Origin: an uncultured delta proteobacterium
GTDB taxonomy: Bacteria > Desulfobacterota > Desulfobaccia > Desulfobaccales > 0-14-0-80-60-11
Assembly (NCBI GenBank): GCA_963812015.1
Contig: CAWETI010000002.1
Location: 32,001 to 96,000, forward strand
Reading direction: 5' to 3'
Length of the DNA stretch: 64,000 bases
Shown here: in pieces, positions 1-9,225 of the stretch
Position numbering within the stretch: the stretch's first letter is position 1
Layout of the letters: each line of letters starts with the position of its first letter
Program-made: the position numbers and the translations under genes
The notes under the pieces: model-generated
What the model was told of the DNA's origin: nothing
The model's input: only the letters and a program-made list of their open reading frames with translations
The model's database searches: none

Positions 1-610
1 CCACCCCCGCCAGGATGCTGTATTGGATCTGGCGGGAAACCTGGCGCTCATCGTACTCCCCCGCCGCCCAACTCTCCAGCAGGGAGTGGATCCTTTCCTC
101 CAGATGGTTGTGTTCCAGGAAGAGCCGGTAGGCCCGGGTGGTGATGATGAAACCGGGCGGCACCGGCAGGTGCAGGTTCTGGATGGCCACCGCCAGGTGG
201 CTGGCTTTGCCCCCGACGAGTTCGGGGCGGTCCAGGGGGGCCTCGGCCAGGGGAATCACCAGGGGCATCTCCTTGGACAGGAGCAGCCGTCCCCGGAGTT
301 CGGCCCCCAGGGGGATGAAGATGCGGTCGATGGCCTGGTACAGATCCACATAACGGTTAGAGGTAATGAGATTTAAGTCTTTCACCATGTGCAGCAGCAG
401 CGTCTGGACTTCCTCGGTGGTATCGATCAGGTACTTGCGGTCAAAGATGTATTCCCCGCCGGACTTTTCCCCCAGATCGGCAATGAGTTCCATGACCCGC
501 TGGTGGTCTTGCAGCAGCGCCTGGAAGTGTTCAAAAATCTCCGGAAAGGCCACCAGGTCCAGTTTGGGCCGGTGCAGCCGGTTCAGGAGATTTTGGAGAA
601 CGCGCCACAT
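1..610 (-). CDS. PEP/pyruvate-binding domain protein (PEP synthase/PPDK-like), 5' part; runs off the window edge
   Basis: Manual translation from ATG at 610: MWRVLQNLLNRL...ELVGGKASHLA...LPVPPGFIITTRAY, the GGKA and VPxGFxITT motifs of PPDK_N. Absent from the ORF track because it has no stop in the window. Confidence 0.8.
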   Translation of the reverse strand, partial: MWRVLQNLLNRLHRPKLDLVAFPEIFEHFQALLQDHQRVMELIADLGEKSGGEYIFDRKYLIDTTEEVQTLLLHMVKDLNLITSNRYVDLYQAIDRIFIPLGAELRGRLLLSKEMPLVIPLAEAPLDRPELVGGKASHLAVAIQNLHLPVPPGFIITTRAYRLFLEHNHLEERIHSLLESWAAGEYDERQVSRQIQYSILAGV

Positions 611-766
611 GGAGTTTAATCCTCAGTCGGCCGGGGTTGTGCTCCCCAGACCCTGGTTATGTCCATAATATGTTTGCAGGCAAAAGCCAACAAAAACTGT
701 AAAAGGTGGAGCCGGGGGAGGCGGGCTCGGCAGGCCCGGCCTTGTGCCCCCCTGCGCCCCGGGCCC

Positions 767-1549
767 TCAATGGCCGCCGCCGCCCTTGAAGAGGAAGCCC
801 ATGGCGAACCCGATAACGATGGCGAGGACCACCGCCAGCACCCCGTAGGCGGCCCCGTGCTGGTAGGCCAGGGAAGCCATCAGGGCCGGAAAGCCCACCA
901 TCTCGACCGTCAGGTCGGTGCAGGTGTTGTTCACGACCTTGTCATCCTGGATCACCGACAGGCAGACCTTGTAGGTGCCGGGTCTGATATTGGCGGGCAA
1001 GGGAAAACTGGCGGTCACCGTGCTTTCTTCGCCGGAGGCGGCCCCGGCCTTGAGGGCCCCGGGCCAGGTGGCGTAAATATGTTCGCTTTCCTTGAGTTCG
1101 AGGAATTGCTTCAGAAACTCCTGGCGCTCCGCCGGCACGATTTTGCCGCTGAAGGCAATCCGCTTCTCCAAGGCCCGATAGCCCCAGGTGGCCGAAGGCG
1201 GCGCCGCGGTGAGCAATTCCTTGGCGGTGCTCATGACCAGGTAGAGGGAGGGGGCGTCCTGGACCTTGATTTCGCCCACGTTCATCCAGAGCCCGCTCCG
1301 GCGCCCCTTGCGCATGAGGTGCTCCTCGGCGCTTGAGCCCATCACCTCCAGGACCGCCTGGGCCCCCGCCGGGATGGTTCCCGAGACCGTCACCGTCTCC
1401 CCCTGGAAAAAGGCGCCGATTTTCACGGTGACCGGGGAGACCGTCAGGCCCGGCGTCGCCGCCTGGGCCGGCAGCCCGCCGGCCAGCAACAACCCCAACC
1501 CCAACCCCAACCACGCGACCTTGCGGCATAACTGGACCAGGTGCTTCAT
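767..1549 (-). CDS. TIGR02186-family (Alph_Pro_TM-like) exported/membrane protein
   Basis: Signal peptide, RKGRRSGLWMN motif, C-terminal TM helix. ATG at 1549 directly follows the TauE stop. Confidence 0.75.
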   Translation of the reverse strand: MKHLVQLCRKVAWLGLGLGLLLAGGLPAQAATPGLTVSPVTVKIGAFFQGETVTVSGTIPAGAQAVLEVMGSSAEEHLMRKGRRSGLWMNVGEIKVQDAPSLYLVMSTAKELLTAAPPSATWGYRALEKRIAFSGKIVPAERQEFLKQFLELKESEHIYATWPGALKAGAASGEESTVTASFPLPANIRPGTYKVCLSVIQDDKVVNNTCTDLTVEMVGFPALMASLAYQHGAAYGVLAVVLAIVIGFAMGFLFKGGGGH

Positions 1550-1550
1550 C

Positions 1551-2483
1551 TCAGTGCCCACCTTTGTGCGCCAGGAGGAGATGGGGCGGCAGAACCAGGC
1601 TCAATAACATCTGCACCATCACCAGCAACACGATGGAGGCCAGGAGAATCTTGAGCTGGTCGGCCTTGAGCCGCTTGCTCAGGCGCACCCCGAACTGGGC
1701 GCCCACGGTGGAGCCCAGCAGCAGGATGATGGCCAGGATCAGGTCCACCGTATGATTGGAGGCGGACTGCATGATGGTGACGTTGATGCAGGTGAACAGG
1801 ATTTGCACGAGGCTGGTGCCCACCACCACGTGCATGGGCATGCGCAGCATATAGACCATCACCGGCACCATGATGAAGCCCCCGCCCACCCCCATGATGG
1901 CCGCCAGGATGCCCACGAACACCCCCAGGATGAGGGGGAGCAGGGGGGAGAGGACAACCCCGGACTTTTCGAATTTCATCTGGTAGGGGAGGGCCTGGAT
2001 CATGCGGTTGTAGAGGGAGGCCTTAGTGGGCGCTTCCACCCGCCTGCTTTCCACCGGCTTTTTCCGCATGCTCTGGAGGCTCTCCGCAAACATGTAGAAG
2101 CCGATGACGCCCAGCATGACGACGTAGGTGATCTTGATGACGAAGTCGGCATTGCCCATGGCCCGGAGCAGCTTGATGAATTGCACCCCCACGGTGCCCC
2201 CCAGCACCCCGCCGATGATGAGGAAGAGCCCCATCTTGAAGTCCACGTTCCCCAGGCGGTAGTGGGCATAGGAGGCCGAGGTGGAGGCCGCCACAATCTG
2301 GTTGGAGTCCGAGGCCGCGGCCACCGTGGAAGGGATTCCCACCATGATCAAGAGCGGCGTCATGAGAAATCCGCCCCCCACCCCGAACAGCCCGGAGAGA
2401 AAGCCCACCGCGCCCCCCAGGCCAAAAAGAAGCAAGATGTTGGTGCTGTTACCAGCCAGTGGTAGATAAAGGTTCCAGGACAT
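1551..2483 (-). CDS. Sulfite exporter TauE/SafE family permease
   Basis: Duplicated GLFGVGGGF / AIMGVGGGF motifs and many TM helices. Confidence 0.9.
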   Translation of the reverse strand: MSWNLYLPLAGNSTNILLLFGLGGAVGFLSGLFGVGGGFLMTPLLIMVGIPSTVAAASDSNQIVAASTSASYAHYRLGNVDFKMGLFLIIGGVLGGTVGVQFIKLLRAMGNADFVIKITYVVMLGVIGFYMFAESLQSMRKKPVESRRVEAPTKASLYNRMIQALPYQMKFEKSGVVLSPLLPLILGVFVGILAAIMGVGGGFIMVPVMVYMLRMPMHVVVGTSLVQILFTCINVTIMQSASNHTVDLILAIILLLGSTVGAQFGVRLSKRLKADQLKILLASIVLLVMVQMLLSLVLPPHLLLAHKGGH

Positions 2484-2511
2484 GTGCCGCTCTCCCCTCC
2501 TTTATGTAGCG

Positions 2512-2967
2512 CTAAAGATCCGTCAGGCGGGTCACTTTTCCCTGGCCGCGCACCAGGAGAATTTCCCCGCCGATTTGCTGGTGTAGATTTTTTAAGGCGG
2601 CGGTGCACCCGGGATACCGGTCCCACCGGGAATCCTCGGGCCAGCCCAGGATAATGAACTGCAGGGCGCTCTGGGCCCGGGCGAAGGCCAGGACTTCCTC
2701 GCAGAAGGCGCCGGCCGCCAGGAAGATCTCCAGGCTCACCCCTTCTTGCTGGCAGCGCTCCCGGACCTTGCCCAGCCACAGGCTCTGTTCTTCTTTGAGG
2801 CCGCCCAGAGAAATGTCGCCGGCATCCTTGGGGTCCCCGGGGCGGGGCGGGAACACCGCCATGAGCACCAGGGACAATTTGAGGCGCGCCGCCAACTGCA
2901 CGGCATAGGAGGCGGCCCGGGAATCCGGCATATCCAGATCGATGGCTAAGAGCACCCTTTTGTTCAT
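2512..2967 (-). CDS. Universal stress protein-like
   Basis: N-terminal KRVLLAID...YAVQLA, 151 aa USP-like pattern. Confidence 0.6.
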   Translation of the reverse strand: MNKRVLLAIDLDMPDSRAASYAVQLAARLKLSLVLMAVFPPRPGDPKDAGDISLGGLKEEQSLWLGKVRERCQQEGVSLEIFLAAGAFCEEVLAFARAQSALQFIILGWPEDSRWDRYPGCTAALKNLHQQIGGEILLVRGQGKVTRLTDL

Positions 2968-2982
2968 GTCCCTCGAGTATAA

Positions 2983-2999
2983 TGCACCAACCGGGCCAA
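2983..2999 (-). promoter_or_regulatory. Sigma54 -24/-12 promoter of the USP-TauE operon
   Basis: TTGGCCCGGTTGGTGCA (GG-N10-GC) on the minus strand just upstream of ATG 2967. Confidence 0.65.
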
Positions 3000-3052
3000 G
3001 ACAACTTTATCTGTAATAACAATGGTATAGCTAAATGGAGCCCGCAGCGTTA

Positions 3053-3137
3053 TGTTTCATAATGGAATAGAGCTGGTGGGGGAAAGTGGGGATGCGGCGG
3101 CAAACTGCGGGATAAGGGTCGATTTCATATTGAAACA
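3053..3137. promoter_or_regulatory. Pair of palindromic upstream activator sites
   Basis: TGTTTCATAATGGAATA (3053-3069) and GATTTCATATTGAAACA (3121-3137), about 55-140 bp upstream of the sigma54 site. Confidence 0.55.
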
Positions 3138-3174
3138 AGGCCGTGAAACAAGGCCGTGTGGCTTGGAGAGAGCC

Positions 3175-4512
3175 TCAGGCCTTGGACAGGCCGTACTTTT
3201 TCATCTTGCGCCACAGGGTGGTCCGGGGCAGGGCCAGGATGCGGGCGCTTTCCCCCACCTGGTGATTGGTGTAGTCCAGCACTTTCTGGATATAATCCCG
3301 TTCCTGCTGCTCCAAAGTATGCCAGCGGCCGTTGGTGGTGGGGGCCAGGTCATGGAGGTCCGGGGGCAGGTCGGCCAGGGTGAGGGTGTCGCCATCCGCC
3401 AGGGCCACGGCCCGTTCGATGATGTTCTGCAATTCCCTGACGTTGCCGGGGTAAGCATAGGTCTGGAGCACCGTCCGGGCGGCCTTGTCAACCCCCACCA
3501 GCCGCTTGGCGAACTTGTGGCTGAAGAGATTCAGGAAGTACTGGATCAGGAGGGGAATGTCTTCCTGGCGTTCCATGAGGCTGGGCAGGGTGATTTGGAC
3601 CACGTTGAGGCGGAAGTAGAGGTCCTCCCGGAAGCGGCCCTCGGCCACCGCCCGTTTCAAATCTTTATTGGTGGCCGCAATGAACCTGAGGTCCAGTTGA
3701 ATGGGCCGGTTGCCCCCCACCCGGGTAATCTGGCTTTCCTGGATGACCCGGAGGAGTTTGCCTTGCATGGACAGGGGCATATCCCCGATTTCGTCCATGA
3801 ACACCGTGCCCTGGTGGGCCGTTTCCAGGATGCCGATCTTGGTGGCGATGGCCCCGGTAAAGGCGCCCCGCTCATAGCCGAACAATTCGCTGGCGATCAG
3901 CTCTTCGGTAAACCCGCCGCAGTTGAAAGCCACAAAGGGCCGGGTGCGCCGGTCGCTCTCCCGGTGGATCAGCCGGGCCACCAGTTCCTTGCCGGTGCCG
4001 CTCTCCCCCTGGATGATGACGTTGCAGTCCAGGGGGGCGACCTTCCGGGTGATTTGGAACACCTCTTTCATTTTCGGGCTGACCCCGATCATCTCCCCCC
4101 AACCGTCCAGGGGTTCCAGCCGGGCCTTGAGCTGGCGGTTCTCGGTGACCAGACGCTTGTGTTCCAGGGCCCGGCGGCTCAGGTTGCGGATTTCCTCCAA
4201 TTTCAGGGGCTTGGCCACATAGTGGAAGGCGCCCTTCTTGACGGCCCCGATGGCCGCATCGATGGAGGCGTGGCCGGTGATCAGGATGACCTCGGTTTCG
4301 GGCAGCCGGGCTTTGGTCTGCTGCAATACCTCCATGCCATTGACCCCGGGCAGCACCACATCTAAAAAGACCAGATCAAAACTGCCCAGGTCCAGGTCCC
4401 GGAGAAAATCCTCCCCCGAACCAAAGGTCTTGACGCTGTGGCCGTCTTTTTCCAGGGCCGCCTGGAGTCTTTTCTGGACGATAACTTCATCATCCACTAC
4501 GGCGATGTTCAT
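3175..4512 (-). CDS. Sigma54-dependent response regulator (NtrC/AtoC family)
   Basis: Receiver domain, GESGTGKE, GAFTGA, FMDEIG, FREDLYFRL, YPGNVREL, Fis-type HTH. Confidence 0.95.
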   Translation of the reverse strand: MNIAVVDDEVIVQKRLQAALEKDGHSVKTFGSGEDFLRDLDLGSFDLVFLDVVLPGVNGMEVLQQTKARLPETEVILITGHASIDAAIGAVKKGAFHYVAKPLKLEEIRNLSRRALEHKRLVTENRQLKARLEPLDGWGEMIGVSPKMKEVFQITRKVAPLDCNVIIQGESGTGKELVARLIHRESDRRTRPFVAFNCGGFTEELIASELFGYERGAFTGAIATKIGILETAHQGTVFMDEIGDMPLSMQGKLLRVIQESQITRVGGNRPIQLDLRFIAATNKDLKRAVAEGRFREDLYFRLNVVQITLPSLMERQEDIPLLIQYFLNLFSHKFAKRLVGVDKAARTVLQTYAYPGNVRELQNIIERAVALADGDTLTLADLPPDLHDLAPTTNGRWHTLEQQERDYIQKVLDYTNHQVGESARILALPRTTLWRKMKKYGLSKA

Positions 4513-4540
4513 GGCGCTCCCGATTCCGGTCCGTGGCTGG

Positions 4541-5986
4541 TCATGCTTCTTTATAGAGGGGGAGCGTCAGGGTAAAGGTGGCGCCCGCACCGACGCGGCT
4601 CTTGACCTCTATATGGCCGCCGTGTTTTTCCACAATGCCGTAAGTCACCGACAGACCCAAGCCGGTGCCCCGTCCCACCTGCTTGGTGGTGTAGAACGGA
4701 TCAAAGATTTGGGAGAGATGCGCCGGGTCGATGCCCACCCCCGTGTCCGTCACGTCAATGACCATCCACTGGCCGTCCGGGGACGGGTGCGCCTTGATGG
4801 ACAGCGTGCCCCCGTCCAGCATGGCATGGATGGCATTGATGAACAGGTTGAGAAAGACCTGTTGCAGACTTTTCTTCTCCCCCCGGATGGGCGGCAGACC
4901 GGCCGGAATATCCTGTTCCACATTGATACCCGAGAGGGTCAGCTGGTTGCGCACCAGCTTTAGGGTATCCTGGATGACCGCGCCGATGGACAGCGCCCCA
5001 AATTCCGGCTGCTCGGCCCGGGAGAAATCCAGGAGACCTTTGACGATCTCGGCGGCCCGCTCGGCCTGGATCAGGATATCCTGGATCAGCCCCATGGCCT
5101 CCTCCCGGGACACCTCCTTAAAATCCTCTTTCAAGGCCTCGGCGGTCAGCACGATATTGTTGATGGGATTGTTCAACTCATGGGCGATCCCCGAGGTCAG
5201 GGTGCCCACCGCGGCAATTTTCCGGGATTGCACCAGTTGTTCCTGGTGCTCCTCCAGCTCGTGAATCATCCGGTTGAAGGCCCGGAACAGGGCGAAGAAT
5301 TCCTCCGAAGAGCTCGTCGGCTCGGGGAGGGGAGTGAAATCGCCGTGGGCGATCTTGTCCATGGCCTGCTGCATCTGGAACAGAGGCTGCACCAGCATGC
5401 GGGAGAGGTAGAAGGCCACCACGATCCCCAGGGCCAAAAACACCACCACGGAAATAATAAAGAGAATCATGGCTCGTTGAAACAAACGGTCGATCTGGAG
5501 CCGCTCATCCTTTTCCCAGGTTTCGGTGATGTTGAGCAGCTCCTGGCCCTGGTGGCGCAAGGCGTCTTCCAGGGGGGCGAACATCTGGTTTTCCATGGCC
5601 GCGCCGGGTTGGGGCGCCTTGGCTTTGATCCGGGCCATGATTTCCTGATAACGAGCCAGACTGCGGGAAAAATCCAGTTGCTGTCGGGACGTCTTTAACG
5701 CCAGAATTTCGGATTCGTGACTTTGATAAATATTTTTGGCGTGGGTTAAGTAAGTCTCGGCTTCCTCGAGACTGGCCGCCTGGTGGTAGAGGAAGAAATT
5801 TTTTTCCACCCGGCGCAATTCCAAGATGGTTTGAAACAGGTCGTCGGTGAGCTCCAGGAGGCGCAGCCGGTGGCCGATTTCCCGGTGGACCTGGAAGCTG
5901 AACGCCGAGAAAATCAGCACTGACAGCAAGCTGAACAGAAAGGCCAGGATGATCTTGCGTCGGATCTTAAAGGTGGTTTTTTGCAT
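4541..5986 (-). CDS. Membrane sensor histidine kinase with HAMP domain
   Basis: Two TM helices, H-box IAHELNNP, N-box, DTGVG, F-box, GTGLGL. Confidence 0.95.
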   Translation of the reverse strand: MQKTTFKIRRKIILAFLFSLLSVLIFSAFSFQVHREIGHRLRLLELTDDLFQTILELRRVEKNFFLYHQAASLEEAETYLTHAKNIYQSHESEILALKTSRQQLDFSRSLARYQEIMARIKAKAPQPGAAMENQMFAPLEDALRHQGQELLNITETWEKDERLQIDRLFQRAMILFIISVVVFLALGIVVAFYLSRMLVQPLFQMQQAMDKIAHGDFTPLPEPTSSSEEFFALFRAFNRMIHELEEHQEQLVQSRKIAAVGTLTSGIAHELNNPINNIVLTAEALKEDFKEVSREEAMGLIQDILIQAERAAEIVKGLLDFSRAEQPEFGALSIGAVIQDTLKLVRNQLTLSGINVEQDIPAGLPPIRGEKKSLQQVFLNLFINAIHAMLDGGTLSIKAHPSPDGQWMVIDVTDTGVGIDPAHLSQIFDPFYTTKQVGRGTGLGLSVTYGIVEKHGGHIEVKSRVGAGATFTLTLPLYKEA

Positions 5987-6284
5987 ATCTGGATAGTGTT
6001 AGGAGGAATTTAACCGCCCGATTCTGCTGATAATCATAACAAGAACCCGGCGGCGATTAAAGCAGAGAATTGCGGCGAGGGTCCCTTGGGAGGGGACATC
6101 CTGCCCAAACGGCCCGTCGGGCTGCGGCGCCGGATTGAACCCGGCAAGCCCCTCGCCGTACCGCACCGGTCTGGTGGTTCTCCTCCTCCCGGAGGAATCG
6201 GTAGGAGCATCGGGACCAAAGACTAAGGGCGGGATACCCCGCCCCCCCGTCCGGCCACCGGCTGCTCCCTTCCGGGGAAACGTT

Positions 6285-7259
6285 CTAACCGCCGTCTTTT
6301 TTGGTTTCCTGCAACTTCCCCAAGGCCCGCTGCAGATTGGTCTTAGCTTCCTCATAGAAGGTGGGCCTGAGCTCAAGGGCCCGCTGGAAGCATTTGGCGG
6401 CTTCTTCGTATCGCCCATCCATGAAATAATACACCCCGATATTGTTGTAGGCCTGGGCCTCGTCACCCGCCTTCATGAAGGCCTCCAGGGCCTGGGGATA
6501 CTGCTTCTGGACCGCCAGGGTCTGTCCCAGGAGCAGACTGACCTTTTGGTTTTGGGGGGCCAGGGTTTGGGCCTGCTTGAGGGTTGCCGTGGCGTGTGGA
6601 TAATCCTTTTGCTGCAGGTAGGCCCGGGACAGGGCGGTGAGAGTGGATACCTGCCGGGGATCCAGCGACGCGGCTGATTTCAGGGCAAGAATGGCTCTCT
6701 CGGGCCGGCCGGACTCCAGGAAGCTGACTCCCAGCAGGTGGTAGGTTTGGGCCCGCCTGGGATCCTGGGATAACACGTACTGAAATTCGTCGATGGCCTG
6801 GGAATAATCTTGTTTTTGAAGGAACACCAGCCCCAGGGCCTCGTGGGCCTTGAGCATCTCCGGCTGGTGCACCAGGACCAGGGCCAGTTCTTTCTGGGCG
6901 TCATCCAACTTCCCGGACAAGAGAAATATGACCCCCACTTTGTAGTGCAGATCATAGCGTTCCGGGTGCGCCTGCAGGATTTGCAGATAATTGACCAAGG
7001 AGTTTTCGAAGTTCCGGTTTTTCAAGGCTAAATCGGCCATAGCCTCCTGGCGCTCTTCGGGCACCTGCTCCACTGCCTTGGGTTTGCGGTCAGGCCAGGG
7101 GTCATGGAGGGCCTGCATATCGGCGGTTTCTTCCGGAGACAGTCGCCGCATCCCAATATTCTCTGGTGATTTCTTGGAACAATGGCTCGTCAGGACTGGC
7201 AGGGCCAAGACCAAAAATACGGTGGCCAGCCGCCGGAGACATTGCTTTGCCGTCCCCAT
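6285..7259 (-). CDS. TPR lipoprotein, TadD-like pilus assembly factor
   Basis: Signal peptide ending near Cys (TSHC), multiple TPRs, AQAYNNIG motif, next to a secretin. Confidence 0.7.
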   Translation of the reverse strand: MGTAKQCLRRLATVFLVLALPVLTSHCSKKSPENIGMRRLSPEETADMQALHDPWPDRKPKAVEQVPEERQEAMADLALKNRNFENSLVNYLQILQAHPERYDLHYKVGVIFLLSGKLDDAQKELALVLVHQPEMLKAHEALGLVFLQKQDYSQAIDEFQYVLSQDPRRAQTYHLLGVSFLESGRPERAILALKSAASLDPRQVSTLTALSRAYLQQKDYPHATATLKQAQTLAPQNQKVSLLLGQTLAVQKQYPQALEAFMKAGDEAQAYNNIGVYYFMDGRYEEAAKCFQRALELRPTFYEEAKTNLQRALGKLQETKKDGG

Positions 7260-8856
7260 TACTTCTCACTCTCCAGGCGGGCCATCAGTTGGGGGCGGGC
7301 CAGGAGGTCGGCGCCTAAAAGGATTTTGACATCCGTCCCTTGCTTGAGCTTCGTGCTGGGTTCCAGTCCTGCTTCCGGGAAAAAAGTGCTGGCCACCGCC
7401 CGGGCGACTTTTTCCGCTCCGGGCCGATAATAAATCATGGTCTTGGTCGCACCGAAATCTATATGATTGCCGATTGTGGCCACCGTGAATCCCTCCTGGC
7501 TGAGCCAGGCGCGGGTCTGATGGGCCAGATTGCGGGTCCAAGTGCCGTTCCGTATTTCTATGTTGGTATCCATCAGTTCAGCGGAGGTCAGATATTTCGG
7601 GTAGCCAAACGGGGTGGCTTCGGCAACCTGAGCTAGCGCCGCCGCCGGAATCGGCTCGGGAACAACAGCCTGCTGCTTGGCTTCTACCGGGACCGGCTTC
7701 TGAGTCGCAGGTTCTTTTGACACCTGCCTGGGGGATTCTTTAAGGGCCAGCGGTTGAGCCGGGGGCTAGCCTTGGCTAATGCCTTGGCTGGTCCCGGGGC
7801 GAGGGCGGCTTTCGGCTTTGAGACTGAAGCGACCTTGACCGCGGGCGAAGCAGGTGCAGGCTTCTGGGCAGCTATGGCGCGGTCAGATATGCCGGGACTC
7901 GCAGGGGGAGCCTTTTCAAGAATGGCAGGCTTCCGGGCCTCCTCCCGGGGCTTGGGGGCGACCGGGGCGGGGGTCTGAGCCAACGGTTTGGCGGCCGGCA
8001 GGGATTTGGCCTTTTGGACCATCACCGGTTGAGCCGGGAGGGCACCCTTGGCTGGCATGGGGGCAGGCAAACGGGAAACGGCCGCTTTCGGCGCTGGAGC
8101 TTGCGTTACCTTGGCCGCAGGAGGAGCGGGTTCGGGCCTCCGAGCATACACGGCCCGGTCAGGCATCCCCAGGGCTGCCTGGGCCTGGGTCACCTTGGCG
8201 TCGGCGGCGGCCACACCTTCCGCTTCCTGCCAGAGCCTTCGGGCCTCCTCCTGGCGGCCGACACGGCAATACAGGAGCCCCAGGTTGTTGCGAGCCGCTA
8301 CATTCTGGGGATCACGGGCCAGGCTTTGGCGATAGCACGTCTCAGCCTCTTGCCAGCGGCCCTCCAGGTAGTAAGAGAAGCCTAAATTATTGAACAAAAC
8401 GGGATGGGGGCCTTGCCGGGCAAGAGCCTCCTGGTAAAGCTGGTGGGCCGCTTCGAATTCCCCCAGCTCTTCATAGCTCTGGGCCAGGGCGTTGACCATC
8501 TTGAGATTATCGGGGTTTTCTTGGTGGGCTTGCTCCAATTCCTTGAGGCCCAATTCGGGCTGCCCCATCAATTTGTAATAGTGAACATTCCGTAACAACC
8601 GGGAGATATCCCCGGAAGACGGTCGGACGTTGGCAACATAAGAACCGGGGGTTCCTTCCAGCCGGCCGGAGCCCGAAAACGGGGCGCTGCAGCCAACTAC
8701 CCCGTATGCTAGGGTTCCCGCCAGGGCCAGCACCGCCAGGCCGGCCACCCCATAGCCGTAAGGGGACCTGCGATCAGCCGGAAGCGGCATGGCCGGCCCG
8801 GTCATGCCGGCTGCTCCCGGTTTTGGCCTTTCCCGATTAATCATGCCGGTCTCCAT
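7259..8856 (-). pseudogene. TPR + Pro/Ala/Lys linker + LytR C-terminal domain protein split by a 1-nt frameshift (or assembly error)
   Basis: ORF 7684..8856 (TPR) and ORF 7259..7723 (IEIRNG...ILLGAD, LytR_C-like) join in frame if the G5 run at 7761-7765 is G6. Confidence 0.7.
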
Positions 8857-8910
8857 GGTCGTCGCCTCTTGTTCACGCCGCGGTCCCCCTGTAGTAGCAG
8901 CTCGTGCGGC

Positions 8911-9201
8911 TCACTGATTTAACAGCTTCATTTCCAGGGCCTTCTTATCTTCGCCCTTAAAGCTCTTGTCATATTTCTCGAGTTCGTTGGCCGCGGCCTG
9001 GGGCGACAGCCCCACCGCGGGCTTCGGGTCGAAGCCGGCCTGGGGGTTCACCACTTGCTGGGCGATGTTGTTCCGCACCGAATTGCCGTAATCCATCTCC
9101 ACGGCGCTGGGCGGGTAGCACCCGGCCAGCAGCAGCAGCGCTACCCCCAACAGCGCCAGGCGCCTCCAGGTCTTGAGGATGTCAGTCTTATGGTTGAACA
9201 T
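8911..9201 (-). CDS. Small pilus-assembly lipoprotein
   Basis: Lipobox LAGC, DYGNSVRNNIAQQVVNP, directly downstream of the secretin. Confidence 0.65.
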   Translation of the reverse strand: MFNHKTDILKTWRRLALLGVALLLLAGCYPPSAVEMDYGNSVRNNIAQQVVNPQAGFDPKPAVGLSPQAAANELEKYDKSFKGEDKKALEMKLLNQ

Positions 9202-9225
9202 GGCTCTCTCTCCGGCGCCGGGCGC

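Noticed and set aside
671..691. Possible sigma54 site before the PEP-synthase-like gene
   Set aside because: GG-GC spacing is 9 nt, not 10.
1491..1512. (AACCCC)n repeat
   Set aside because: In-frame hexamer encoding LGLGLG in a signal peptide; no frameshift potential.
6125..6150. tRNA T-loop-like GGTTCAATCC on the minus strand
   Set aside because: Stem register is wrong and no D arm, anticodon arm or acceptor stem is apparent.
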